Of a stretch of DNA of 64,000 bases, positions 29,416-38,645 are shown piece by piece (within the stretch, counting starts at the first letter, position 1; every line of letters starts with the position of its first letter). The stretch is from NCBI GenBank assembly GCA_033764955.1, contig JANRIL010000017.1, positions 1-64,000 on the forward strand, given 5' to 3'. This DNA comes from Cyanobacteriota bacterium. Lineage in GTDB: Bacteria; Cyanobacteriota; Cyanobacteriia; Thermostichales; Thermostichaceae. Below the pieces are notes generated by a model. That model had not been told where the DNA came from and searched no databases. It was given only the letters and a program-made list of their open reading frames with translations. The position numbers and the translations under genes are program-made.

Positions 29416-30816
29416 ATGCAGGGTATTTTTCTCATCCTCTACATTTTGGTGATAAGTGGCCTGATTGCCGTAGTGGGGGATCGGGTTGGCTACCGTATTG
29501 GCAAGAAGCGCCTCAGTTGGTTTAAGCTGCGCCCCCGTGACACTGCCGTATTGGTGGCAGTACTGACGGGAGTGATTATTTCAGGGTTGACCCTAGCCAG
29601 TTTGCTGCTGTTAAGCCAATCCTTACGACAGGCACTCTTTAACTATGAACAAACCTTAGCCAAATATGACCGCGATCTTTACTATGCTCGCCTCTATACG
29701 ACAACGACTCGTCAGCAACTTGCCTTGGTTCAACAGCAACTCCAGGCTTCTCAGGCTGAATTAGCGGCTCTAGAGTCCAATTTGAGCAGTGCCACCACCC
29801 AACGGGACGATGCTCAGGTGCGGCTAGATGACATCAAACGCCAATTGCAGGAACTGTTGGCGCAACGAGAGGCAACCTCCCGCAAGTTAGCCGAGGCGGA
29901 TCAGCAACTGTTGACCTCCCAGCAACAACTGGCGCAGGCCACTCAACAACTCAACACGATCAAGGCCGAAGCCAGCACAGCCCGTCAACAGGTCAAAGAT
30001 CTGCAACAGCAACAAAAAGCGCTAGCCGAGGCCAAGCAAGCGTTGCAACTGGATCGGGATCAACTGGAGCGATCGTTAGCCGCCTCTCAAACCGCCCTCT
30101 CCACCCTAGAAACCCAAAAGAACCAACTGGAATCAGAAATTAATCAACTCAATCAGGTGGCAACCCGACTGCGGCGAGGGGAACTGGCGATTGCGACCGG
30201 AGAAATCTTGGCGGTGGGGGTGATCGATGCGGATACCACCGATGCTGCCAACCTATCGGCACAACTGAACCAAATCTTGGCGCAGGCTGAACAGCGCGCC
30301 CGTCAATTGGGAGCCAAGCCCCTACCTCCCGCTCAAACCGCCATCCAGATTCCCAAAGCTACGGTGGCAGAGATCCTCAATCAAATAGCAACCTCCGGCA
30401 GTTGGGTAGTGCGGATTTTTTCCATCAGTAACCGCCTGGAGGGAGAGCTAGTTCCCGTAGGGGCAGACGTCAATGCCAATCGACTGATCTATGCTGAGGG
30501 ATCCGTGATCGCGGATACTCGGATTGAGGCTGGACAAGATGAAGTTGTTTTGCAGGGACAACTGTTGAGCCTCTTATCGACAGCCAACGTGCGCTCTCAG
30601 CAGGCGGGTTTGCTGGCTAATCCCTTGACTGGCACAGTGGGTGAATTTTCTCAGATCAAACTTTTGGAGGCTGTCCAGAAATTGCGAAATGTGCGGACGG
30701 CAGCCACAATGCAAGTGGTAGCCAATCGGGATATTTATACGGCGGGTCCCTTGGATGTCAGCTTGGTGATGGCGGCTGAGTCCAGTTTGGCAGAGCAGAC
30801 GTTACCAAAACCCTGA
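29416..30816 (+). CDS. DUF3084 coiled-coil membrane protein
   Basis: IAVVGDRVGYRIGKKRLSWFKLRPRDTA N-terminus; long coiled coil. Confidence 0.85.
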   Translation: MQGIFLILYILVISGLIAVVGDRVGYRIGKKRLSWFKLRPRDTAVLVAVLTGVIISGLTLASLLLLSQSLRQALFNYEQTLAKYDRDLYYARLYTTTTRQQLALVQQQLQASQAELAALESNLSSATTQRDDAQVRLDDIKRQLQELLAQREATSRKLAEADQQLLTSQQQLAQATQQLNTIKAEASTARQQVKDLQQQQKALAEAKQALQLDRDQLERSLAASQTALSTLETQKNQLESEINQLNQVATRLRRGELAIATGEILAVGVIDADTTDAANLSAQLNQILAQAEQRARQLGAKPLPPAQTAIQIPKATVAEILNQIATSGSWVVRIFSISNRLEGELVPVGADVNANRLIYAEGSVIADTRIEAGQDEVVLQGQLLSLLSTANVRSQQAGLLANPLTGTVGEFSQIKLLEAVQKLRNVRTAATMQVVANRDIYTAGPLDVSLVMAAESSLAEQTLPKP

Positions 30817-30918
30817 TTCTGCCTGCTAGGATGCCATAGGGGAATCTTTCTTCTGGTATCTCGACAAAGCCACTCCACGGCGCGGCTTCTGGGTATCCAC
30901 AACAAAAAATGTAGGGGA

Positions 30919-31350
30919 ATGCAGGCCACGTCACCCAATCCTGCCAGTCACGACTACCTGCTGGGCTTTGACCCCGGCAAGGATAAATGTGGCTTGGCGG
31001 TGGTGGATTATCAAGGGATCCCTCAACAACGGCAGGTGATCCCCTCTTCTCAAGCGCTAGAGCGGGTCAAGCGCCTCTATGATCAACAGGTGATTAACCG
31101 AGTCATTTTGGGGAATCAAACCACCTCACGGCAGTGGCAGCAGCAATTGCAGCAAACCCTGCCCGATTGCCCGATTGAGTTGGTGGATGAACGGCACAGC
31201 AGTCTAGAAGCCCAGCAACGCTACTGGGACTATTACCCAGCTAGGGGGTGGAATCGCTTCTTGCCCAAGGGATTGCGGGTTCCCCCTGATCCGTATGACG
31301 ATATTGTGGCACTCATTCTCGTGGAACGGTATTTACGCGCCCATGCCTAG
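30919..31350 (+). CDS. YqgF/RuvX-like RNase H-fold nuclease
   Basis: LGFDPGKDKCGLA, ILGNQTTS, VDERHSSLEA, DDIVA. Confidence 0.88.
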   Translation: MQATSPNPASHDYLLGFDPGKDKCGLAVVDYQGIPQQRQVIPSSQALERVKRLYDQQVINRVILGNQTTSRQWQQQLQQTLPDCPIELVDERHSSLEAQQRYWDYYPARGWNRFLPKGLRVPPDPYDDIVALILVERYLRAHA

Positions 31351-32494
31351 TCGTCGCCAGGTTTTGCAAGGGATCCTCTCCAGTCTGGGATGGCTATCGC
31401 TTGTGGGCGTAGGTGGGTGTGGGAGCAGGGACACCAATCCGCTGATTACCTGCTTACGCCAAGCCCTGCCCAGTAGTCTTTTGAAAGAATGGCGGCAACA
31501 GGAGATTTTCTCCTTCACGTTGCAACTGCTGGACAATCGCCTCCAGTTGTTTGAGCAATTGCAGGCTTCCGCTTCTCCTTCTCCGCAGCCGTGGTGGGAT
31601 CCCTTGGGTTGGTTTCAAACTCCTCCCACCCCCGCTATGGTCAGTTTGTTAGGGGCAGATTGGTTGGATCAAGCGATTGCTCAAGCGCTAATAGCCCCCC
31701 TCACCCCCGCCGATGTGGGGCAATTTTGGGCAAGCCTGCCCCCAATTTGGCAACAGGTTGTACAGCGATCCGCTTCCTCGCCAGAAAAGCAAGCCCCCCA
31801 AATCTGGGGCGTACCCTGGCGGTGGGGATCCACCGCTATTGTTTATCATCGGCAACGGCTGAAAACGCCGATTGTGGATTGGGCGGATCTATGGCGACCG
31901 GAATTGCGGGGCAAGCTGACGCTACCGGATCATCCCCGTGAAGTGATTGGTCTCACTCTCAAAAAAATGGGGCGTTCCTACCAGGATCCCATTTCTCTAG
32001 CCGATGGGGAGTTAAATCGGCAATTGGCGCAACTGCATCAGCAGGTTTTGACCTACACCTCCTCTGATTATCTGCCCATCCTCCGACTAGAAGACAGTTG
32101 GGTGGCGGTGGGCTGGACGGAAGATCTCTACCAAACCCAAAAGAATTATCCTGAGTTGGAGGTGGTGATCCCGGCTTCCGGATCCGCTATCTGGTGGGAT
32201 GTCTGGGTTCTACCACGGGTTTCCCAAAATGCCCCAACCCGTGCCGATTTAGCCCGTTGGTTTGACTGGGTGTTGGATCCAACCCACACGGCTCGCATGG
32301 TCAACCTCAGCCAGATCGCGAATGTGCAAGCGGTGGAAGCCAGCCAGCTATCACCATCTCTAGCTCAACGACCGGATCTCAGCCGAGGGATCCCGTCTGG
32401 TTCAGAAATTTGGCAGCCCCTCTCCCCCGAGCAAGCCGATGTTTATCTCACCCTCTGGCAACGGATGCGCTCAGGGGAATTACTGCCGCGATAG
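31343..32494 (+). CDS. PotD/PotF-like extracellular solute-binding lipoprotein
   Basis: Tat-like SRRQVL plus lipobox GGC; VPWRWGSTAIVY, DWADLWRPELRGK, IPASGSAIWWD. Confidence 0.85.
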   Translation: MPSRRQVLQGILSSLGWLSLVGVGGCGSRDTNPLITCLRQALPSSLLKEWRQQEIFSFTLQLLDNRLQLFEQLQASASPSPQPWWDPLGWFQTPPTPAMVSLLGADWLDQAIAQALIAPLTPADVGQFWASLPPIWQQVVQRSASSPEKQAPQIWGVPWRWGSTAIVYHRQRLKTPIVDWADLWRPELRGKLTLPDHPREVIGLTLKKMGRSYQDPISLADGELNRQLAQLHQQVLTYTSSDYLPILRLEDSWVAVGWTEDLYQTQKNYPELEVVIPASGSAIWWDVWVLPRVSQNAPTRADLARWFDWVLDPTHTARMVNLSQIANVQAVEASQLSPSLAQRPDLSRGIPSGSEIWQPLSPEQADVYLTLWQRMRSGELLPR

Positions 32495-32698
32495 GTTCCC
32501 CGCTACGGGCAAAGCTGCCCAAAGCCTCTTGTAGAGTTGGTTGAGTCTTGACCGCCCAGGCTGTAGCCCACCCGCAGATCCCACCGTTCATTGAGAGGCT
32601 TGCCATAGCCACTTGGCCAGAAGTACCCGCTTGATCCGATGGATCCCCTCAGCCCACCCGGCGACTCAGAGAAATGCTTCCACGCAAAATAACATTCC

Positions 32699-32712
32699 GT
32701 AGTTTAAGCTAC
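32699..32712. promoter_or_regulatory. NtcA binding site
   Basis: Perfect GTA-N8-TAC (GTAGTTTAAGCTAC), 51 bp upstream of the PirA-like ATG. Confidence 0.7.
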
Positions 32713-32763
32713 AGAAAATATCCTAGAGTTATAGATAAAGCCTCTATTCAGGGATCCGTAACC

Positions 32764-33141
32764 ATGCAAACCTCCCTACCTACCCATGCCATTTGGGCAA
32801 AACACCAAGAAAATATAGCTGCTTCCTTGGCTCATCGCCTGCAATCGGCTCAAGCCAGCCACAACACCCAGTTGATTAGCGCCCTCCAGCAGGAACAGGA
32901 GCAGTTGCGCCTCTCTCAACAAGCAGCACCTGCGATGCAGTGGTTAGCGGGTCTTCAGCAAATGTGGCAGCGCTTTTGTCGGGCACTTGCGCTTGACTCT
33001 GAGCTAGATGTGAGGATCGTCGTGGACAGCACAGGGGTGTCGTGGTGGTATGCCCGTCAGCCCAGAACCGGCGAAACTGTCTATGCCGATACTCAGTCCG
33101 AATTGCTGGCTTGGATCGAAGCCCACCACTGGAAAGACTAG
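32764..33141 (+). CDS. PirA(Ssr0692)-like N-terminal domain fused to a cyanobacterial C-terminal domain
   Basis: HQENIAASLAHRLQSAQASHNTQLISALQQE resembles the PirA core as I recall it; C-terminal WWYARQPRTGETVYADTQSELLAWIE. Confidence 0.6.
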   Translation: MQTSLPTHAIWAKHQENIAASLAHRLQSAQASHNTQLISALQQEQEQLRLSQQAAPAMQWLAGLQQMWQRFCRALALDSELDVRIVVDSTGVSWWYARQPRTGETVYADTQSELLAWIEAHHWKD

Positions 33142-33178
33142 GCATCCCCTGTGCCCCCTCAGCCTAAACCGAGCCGGC

Positions 33179-33817
33179 TTAATAGGTGCGATCCTCCACC
33201 CAAATGCTGACCAGAGCGGCGTTGCCTCCACCATCCACTTTCACCTCCATGCGGGTGGCTTGGGGGTAGTCGCGCATATCTTCCTCTAGCTGATCCCCAA
33301 CCGCTTCGGGAATGTAGTAGGCTCCCAAGCCAAAATCCACTCGCCAGCCGTAGGGATCCCCAACTCCTTTTAAGATCACTTGATCCGACGACACGACATC
33401 GGGATACTGGTCACTCACGGCAACGGCTTTCCAGGTGGGAGGGGTGAGGGAAGATTGGGGGTCGGCTTCGAGAGTAAGGTAAAGGGATCCCCCCTGCTCG
33501 TAGCGACTTTGCCAACCGGGTAAGGTTTTCAGTCTTTCCATTTCCCCCACCTCGTAGTTGAGGATGACGTAGCGACCTCGCAACAGATCGTAGGGATCCA
33601 CAGGCGCACTTTGCAAAAACACCGTGGTTCCAGTGGCGAGAATCAGGGCGTTTTGGGTAGGGATCCCCAGCACAATCAAAAGCTGGATCCCCAGAGGAAC
33701 CGCCAACCGCCACCAGGGGAGGGGGGAGCGCTGCTGAGGAGTTAGAGGGGGATGGACAACCGTAACCGCCGTTGCACGGTCTGAAGGAAGATTGGGAGAA
33801 TCAGCATCTGAGTGCAT
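33179..33817 (-). CDS. GDYXXLXY domain protein
   Basis: LQSAPVDPYDLLRGRYVILNY, YYIPE; usual partner of DUF2157. Confidence 0.88.
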   Translation of the reverse strand: MHSDADSPNLPSDRATAVTVVHPPLTPQQRSPLPWWRLAVPLGIQLLIVLGIPTQNALILATGTTVFLQSAPVDPYDLLRGRYVILNYEVGEMERLKTLPGWQSRYEQGGSLYLTLEADPQSSLTPPTWKAVAVSDQYPDVVSSDQVILKGVGDPYGWRVDFGLGAYYIPEAVGDQLEEDMRDYPQATRMEVKVDGGGNAALVSIWVEDRTY

Positions 33818-33887
33818 CGTGAGTACCTCCACAAAACATAAAACATTTGACAAAACCGCCAGAGAGCCAAATAAAGCGAACGGGAGG

Positions 33888-35378
33888 TTAGGATTTAGCC
33901 AACGCTTTTGTCGGCAAAGCCGCCAGCCGTCGCTCAAAGTTGATTCCGGCCACAATCACCCCCACCCCACAGGTCACAAAGGCCAACGACTTGAGGAGTA
34001 ATCCCGTATCGTATTCAAAAAAGCGGGTGATAATAGCCAGGGTGAGGGTGAGCAGTCCCAGCCAAAACCGCCAACGCTGTGCCAACTGAAGTCCCTGCCA
34101 CATCAGGGATACCCCCATCCCACACAAGGCGAAGTTGATAAAAATGACCGACAACCCATAAAGCCCCCCCCCCTGCAAGCAAACCAGCAAGGTTAGCAAC
34201 CCGACCCCCATCCAGACCTGAGACTGCATGAGGCGGCGTTGGGGGGGATCCGCCTGTTGATATTGCCGCAGCAGACAGCGAAGATTGCCGATCCAGAGAG
34301 CCAGCACTACTATCCCCAAGAGAAGCAGGCTGATCAACTCCGCCCCCATCGGAAAATTCACGGTGGGATCCCGCCAGTAGTCGATGAGAAAGCGGGCACT
34401 TGAGTAATAAGAGTCTCCCACAGCCCAGGCTTCCCAGAAGCTCCAGCCATAGAGCAAGATCAAGCCTCCCCAGAGGGCCATCCCCTGAGCAATGGGGGCA
34501 AAATCCAAACCCAGCTCGCCGTCACGGATCCCTTCCCCTTCTGCGGGAATCTGCCAACGCAGACGCATGTATAGCCAGGGTAGCCAGCGTTGATGATACA
34601 AACTCCAGGCCCACACCCCGCTCAGACCGATCAGGTGGGTCATGCTGAAAATATAGGCGGAATTTTGCCAAAGGTTCCAATAGGACTGATTGGAAAGACT
34701 AATGACCTGGGTTTGCAGGGCAAGCATGAGTAGGATAATCGACTGCACCCAGATCCAGCGGGAACGACACCAATAGGCTAGGGGCATCACCCCCCCGATC
34801 ACCAGCCACGGCACCAACCCTGGATGAAAGAGTACATTCTCACGCAGCCCGACTGAAAAATCGCTGATGTAAGCTGCTAGCAATAGCCAAACGGCCAAAC
34901 TGCCACTGGGGCTATGCCGCAAACTGACCGCCAGCAGCAGCACCCCCAATCCCCAGGCCAGAAACAGTCCTGATAACGCCCCACTCACCTGAAACCACTG
35001 CGCCATCAGGCCGATGCTGCCTCCCAAAGCCAGTTCCCCAATCAACAGCAGGGTAGTGCCCAAGCGAGGGGAAGTGCCACGCCAGAGATAAAACCCTGTC
35101 CCCTGCAATCCCACCACCAGCAGCAAGGCCACAATGGCTCGCACCGCCGGCGGAATGGCAGCCCAGTTAGCCGCCACAAAACTGATGATGCCCAAGCCCA
35201 CCAATAGGGATCCCAGGATCATCACCACTTGGATAAAGCGTCCTCCAGCCACCCGATTCAGGTGATCCAATTGGTAGTATTGGCGGAGTTTTTCGCGGTG
35301 GGCGGGGGCAATCAGATCCTCAGACACCCAGAGATCGAGCACCTGAGCCAGTTGTCGTCGGAATCTGTCATCGGCCAT
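33888..35378 (-). CDS. DUF2157 membrane protein
   Basis: WVSEDLI, GLGIISFVAANW, IGLMAQWFQ, RFFEYDTGLLLKSL; many TM segments. Confidence 0.88.
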   Translation of the reverse strand: MADDRFRRQLAQVLDLWVSEDLIAPAHREKLRQYYQLDHLNRVAGGRFIQVVMILGSLLVGLGIISFVAANWAAIPPAVRAIVALLLVVGLQGTGFYLWRGTSPRLGTTLLLIGELALGGSIGLMAQWFQVSGALSGLFLAWGLGVLLLAVSLRHSPSGSLAVWLLLAAYISDFSVGLRENVLFHPGLVPWLVIGGVMPLAYWCRSRWIWVQSIILLMLALQTQVISLSNQSYWNLWQNSAYIFSMTHLIGLSGVWAWSLYHQRWLPWLYMRLRWQIPAEGEGIRDGELGLDFAPIAQGMALWGGLILLYGWSFWEAWAVGDSYYSSARFLIDYWRDPTVNFPMGAELISLLLLGIVVLALWIGNLRCLLRQYQQADPPQRRLMQSQVWMGVGLLTLLVCLQGGGLYGLSVIFINFALCGMGVSLMWQGLQLAQRWRFWLGLLTLTLAIITRFFEYDTGLLLKSLAFVTCGVGVIVAGINFERRLAALPTKALAKS

Positions 35379-35627
35379 AGATTTACCTAACCCTTTTCAT
35401 CCGCTTTCATTCGTTAGTATGCCCCTCTGGTAGCCAGAGTCAGGGCTAGGCTGTGACAGTTTGCTAACCGCCCAGGGAGAGATGAGCCAACCAGTTGTCA
35501 ATACCCCCAGAGTGGTTCCGGTCAGTTATAGTAAAAAAGGAGTTGGATTTCTGCCTAGGCGCTTTGCTGAGCTTTCAGCCCTCGCCAGCATTTTCTAGCC
35601 TCCGGTCAATCTCCATCAGCCTAAGGA

Positions 35628-35650
35628 GAGTGGGATCCCCCACTTTTTTT
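35628..35650 (+). promoter_or_regulatory. rimP leader hairpin (terminator/attenuator-like)
   Basis: GAGTGGG-ATC-CCCACT-TTTTTT just upstream of rimP; matches the widespread rimP-leader motif. Confidence 0.65.
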
Positions 35651-35688
35651 GTGTTTTTGGGGAGGTGTTGCCCACAAGGGAGGTGACA

Positions 35689-36162
35689 ATGGTGCATCCT
35701 TTGGTTCCCCAGGTGCAATCCCTGGCTGAACCGATTGCTCAGCAACTGGGCTATCAACTGGTTCAGGTGATCTTTCATACCCACCAGTCTCCCCCTGTGC
35801 TGCGGTTGGATATTCGTCCTCAGGATCCCAATCAAGATACCAGTCATGCCGATTGTGAAGCTATGAGCCAAGCCCTAGCAGACTGTTTGGATCAAACGGA
35901 TCTGGTGCCAGGGCACTATGTCCTGGAGATTTCCAGTCCGGGGGTGGACGAGCTATTGACCTCCGACCGCGATTTCTCCGTGTTTCGGGGCTTCCCGGTG
36001 GAGGTAACAGTGGATCCCCCCCACAAGGGCAAACAACAATGGCTAGGGCATTTGTTGGGGCGGGATGCCGATTTTGTCTTCCTCTCCCAAAAAGGACGGC
36101 GGATTCAACTGCCACGGGCTAGCGTGCAACGGGTGTTGCTGCGGGAAGGGGAGGAAAGTTAA
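35689..36162 (+). CDS. rimP: Ribosome maturation factor RimP
   Basis: MVHPLVP, DCEAMS, YVLEISSPG, DFSVFRGFPVEV; GGAGG RBS. Confidence 0.95.
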   Translation: MVHPLVPQVQSLAEPIAQQLGYQLVQVIFHTHQSPPVLRLDIRPQDPNQDTSHADCEAMSQALADCLDQTDLVPGHYVLEISSPGVDELLTSDRDFSVFRGFPVEVTVDPPHKGKQQWLGHLLGRDADFVFLSQKGRRIQLPRASVQRVLLREGEES

Positions 36163-36252
36163 GTGGCTTTGGCTCGTCCAGGCTAAGGGATTTTGTCTGA
36201 GGGGTTTTGTCTACTGAGTTGTCTTGGTGTTGAGTTTTCAGGAGAACCATTC

Positions 36253-37623
36253 ATGTCTATGGTGCCTCTGCCGGGATTGGCAGAAATGGTGGAAGTGATC
36301 AGCCGCGAGCGCAATTTGCCACGGGTAGCTGTGACCGACGCCATCCAAGAAGCCCTTCTCAAGGGATACGAGCGCTATCGCAAAACCCTACAACGGGATA
36401 GCAGCGTCTTTGAGGAGGGATATTTCAATAACTTTGAGGTGGAGCTGGATGTAGAGGCGGGGGGCTTTCGCATCTTGGCCACCAAAGCAATTGTGGAAGA
36501 GGTGGAAGTGCCGGATCACCAAATCTCCCTCTACGATGTGCGGCAGGATTATCCTGAAGCGGAAGTGGGCTGGGAAGTGACCGATGATGTGACTCCTGAG
36601 CAGGCGGAATTTGGCCGGATGGCGGCGATCCAAACCAAGCAAGTCCTGGCGCAAAAGCTGCGGGATCAACAGCGTCGCTTGATCCAAGAAGAGTTTCGAG
36701 AATTGGAAAATACGGTGTTGCAGGCGCGGGTGCTGCGGATGGAGCGGCAAACCGTGATTATGGGGGTGACCAGTGGGTTTGGGCAGCCGGAGGTGGAGGC
36801 GGAGTTGCCCAAGCGGGAGCAACTGGCCAGTGACCGCTATACCCCCAATGCGGTGATGCGGGTCTATCTCAAAAAAGTGTATGAGGGATCCCGGCGGGGA
36901 CCCCAGTTGTTGGTGTCGCGGGCGGATGCGGGGTTGGTGGTGTATCTATTTGCCAACGAAGTGCCTGAGATTGAAGATGAGGTGGTGCGGATTGTGGCCG
37001 TAGCACGGGAAGCCAATCCCCCCTCCCGCAATGTTGGCCCGCGCACCAAGATCGCCGTCGATACCCTCGAGCGGGATGTGGATCCGGTGGGCGCTTGTAT
37101 CGGAGCTAGGGGATCCCGTATTCAGGCGGTGGTGGCGGAACTGCGGAACGAAAAAATCGATGTGATTCGCTGGTCGCCGGATCCCGCCACCTACATCGCC
37201 AATGCCCTCAGTCCGGCTCGGATTGTGGAGGTGCGCTTAGTGGATCCCGAAATTCAACAGGCTCATGTTTTAGTCCCAGGGGATCAACTGAGCTTGGCGA
37301 TTGGCAAAGAGGGGCAAAATGTCCGATTGGCTGCTCGTCTGACGGGGTGGAAAATCGACATCAAAGAAGTGGAAAGCTACCGCACGGCGGCGGCGGAAGC
37401 GGCGGCGGCGGGTTTGGCCTATCCGATCCTCAGTCAGCGGGCTACCCCCACTCCTCTGCGAGGACGCAGTGTTGCCGATCTTGTCCCCGACAATCGGGAT
37501 CCCTATGACGAGTATGAAGAAGAGGAGGATCTCTACGAGGACGATCTCACCGATGAGCTAGAAGACTGGGAGGATGAGGAGTTTGACTACGACGCCGAAT
37601 TTGATATCGCCTCTCCAGCCTAG
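36253..37623 (+). CDS. nusA: Transcription termination factor NusA
   Basis: FGRMAAIQTKQV, EVPEI, DPVGACIGARGSRIQ, LAIGKEGQNVRLAARLTGWKIDI; acidic tail. Confidence 0.98.
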   Translation: MSMVPLPGLAEMVEVISRERNLPRVAVTDAIQEALLKGYERYRKTLQRDSSVFEEGYFNNFEVELDVEAGGFRILATKAIVEEVEVPDHQISLYDVRQDYPEAEVGWEVTDDVTPEQAEFGRMAAIQTKQVLAQKLRDQQRRLIQEEFRELENTVLQARVLRMERQTVIMGVTSGFGQPEVEAELPKREQLASDRYTPNAVMRVYLKKVYEGSRRGPQLLVSRADAGLVVYLFANEVPEIEDEVVRIVAVAREANPPSRNVGPRTKIAVDTLERDVDPVGACIGARGSRIQAVVAELRNEKIDVIRWSPDPATYIANALSPARIVEVRLVDPEIQQAHVLVPGDQLSLAIGKEGQNVRLAARLTGWKIDIKEVESYRTAAAEAAAAGLAYPILSQRATPTPLRGRSVADLVPDNRDPYDEYEEEEDLYEDDLTDELEDWEDEEFDYDAEFDIASPA

Positions 37624-37695
37624 GACTAGTTAGGGGATCCCTCCTCAGCTTGCTGCGATTTCCTGATTGCCCTTTTTCTCTGGGTTTCTCCTGTT

Positions 37696-38502
37696 ATGAC
37701 GGTTACCCTCCCCCCCCACTTCACCCTTTCGGCTTCCTCCCTGAAACTTCTGGATCAATGTCCACGCCTGTTTCGCTTTGTCTATGGGGAGCACCTGATT
37801 TGGCCGGTTGCCGAGGCGATAACTCCTACCGACGATGCCGAACGGGGCAAGCTGTTTCATCGCTTGGTGGAACTGCACAGTCGCGGTCGCTCCATCGATC
37901 CCGCCTTGTTAGCGGCTCTCGATCCGGTGATGCGGGGATGGTGGCAGACCTTTCTGGCTAGCCCCCACGCCCACCCTAGGGGCACCGTTTACAGTGAGTT
38001 ACCCCTCTGGACACGGATCGGCGGGATGAACGTCATGGCGGTTTTGGATCGGCTGGTTTGGCAAGGGGAAACCGCCCAGATTGTGGATTGGAAAACCGAT
38101 CAGATTCGCCCACCCGACCGTCGATTGGCCGAAAGCTGGCAGGTGAGACTCTACCCTCTCTTGGTTTGTCGGGTTGGGATCCGCTCCCATCCACCTATCG
38201 ATCCTGACCGTCTGGAGATGACGATTTGGTATGTTAACGATCCCGATCGCCCCTATCATCGGCGCTACAGCCGTCGTCAATGGGAGCAGGATCAGCAGTA
38301 TCTACTCGACCGACTGGAGCGGATCCCGTTGCTGGCTCAGCAAAACTTTCCCCGTACCTCCCACACCCAGATCTGCTCCGGTTGTGGTTTTCGCCGCCGC
38401 TGTTATGGGTTGCCGCCGGAGGAGGAGGACTGGCAAGCGTGGGGGATCTTGGAGGAAGAAGGGTTGGGGATCCATCCCCCTTCGGTTGAGTTGGATTTCT
38501 GA
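37696..38502 (+). CDS. PD-(D/E)XK nuclease, Cas4/AddB-like with 4-Cys Fe-S motif
   Basis: LSASSL..QCPR, GKLFH, E..DRL..IVDWKT, QVRLY, CSGCGFRRRC. Confidence 0.85.
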   Translation: MTVTLPPHFTLSASSLKLLDQCPRLFRFVYGEHLIWPVAEAITPTDDAERGKLFHRLVELHSRGRSIDPALLAALDPVMRGWWQTFLASPHAHPRGTVYSELPLWTRIGGMNVMAVLDRLVWQGETAQIVDWKTDQIRPPDRRLAESWQVRLYPLLVCRVGIRSHPPIDPDRLEMTIWYVNDPDRPYHRRYSRRQWEQDQQYLLDRLERIPLLAQQNFPRTSHTQICSGCGFRRRCYGLPPEEEDWQAWGILEEEGLGIHPPSVELDF

Positions 38503-38645
38503 GTTGAATTTTTGGGCAGAGGCAATCGACTAGACTCTAGACAGAGCTACCTTTCCGCCCTCTAGCCCGTGGCCACCACCTCATCCCCTTTGCTGCGGGC
38601 ACCCGTTTCGCCTGACCGCCTACTTTCTTTACATTCCCTAGGTCT

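Noticed and set aside
37696..38502. CRISPR-Cas locus around the Cas4-like gene
   Set aside because: No repeat-spacer array or other cas genes seen
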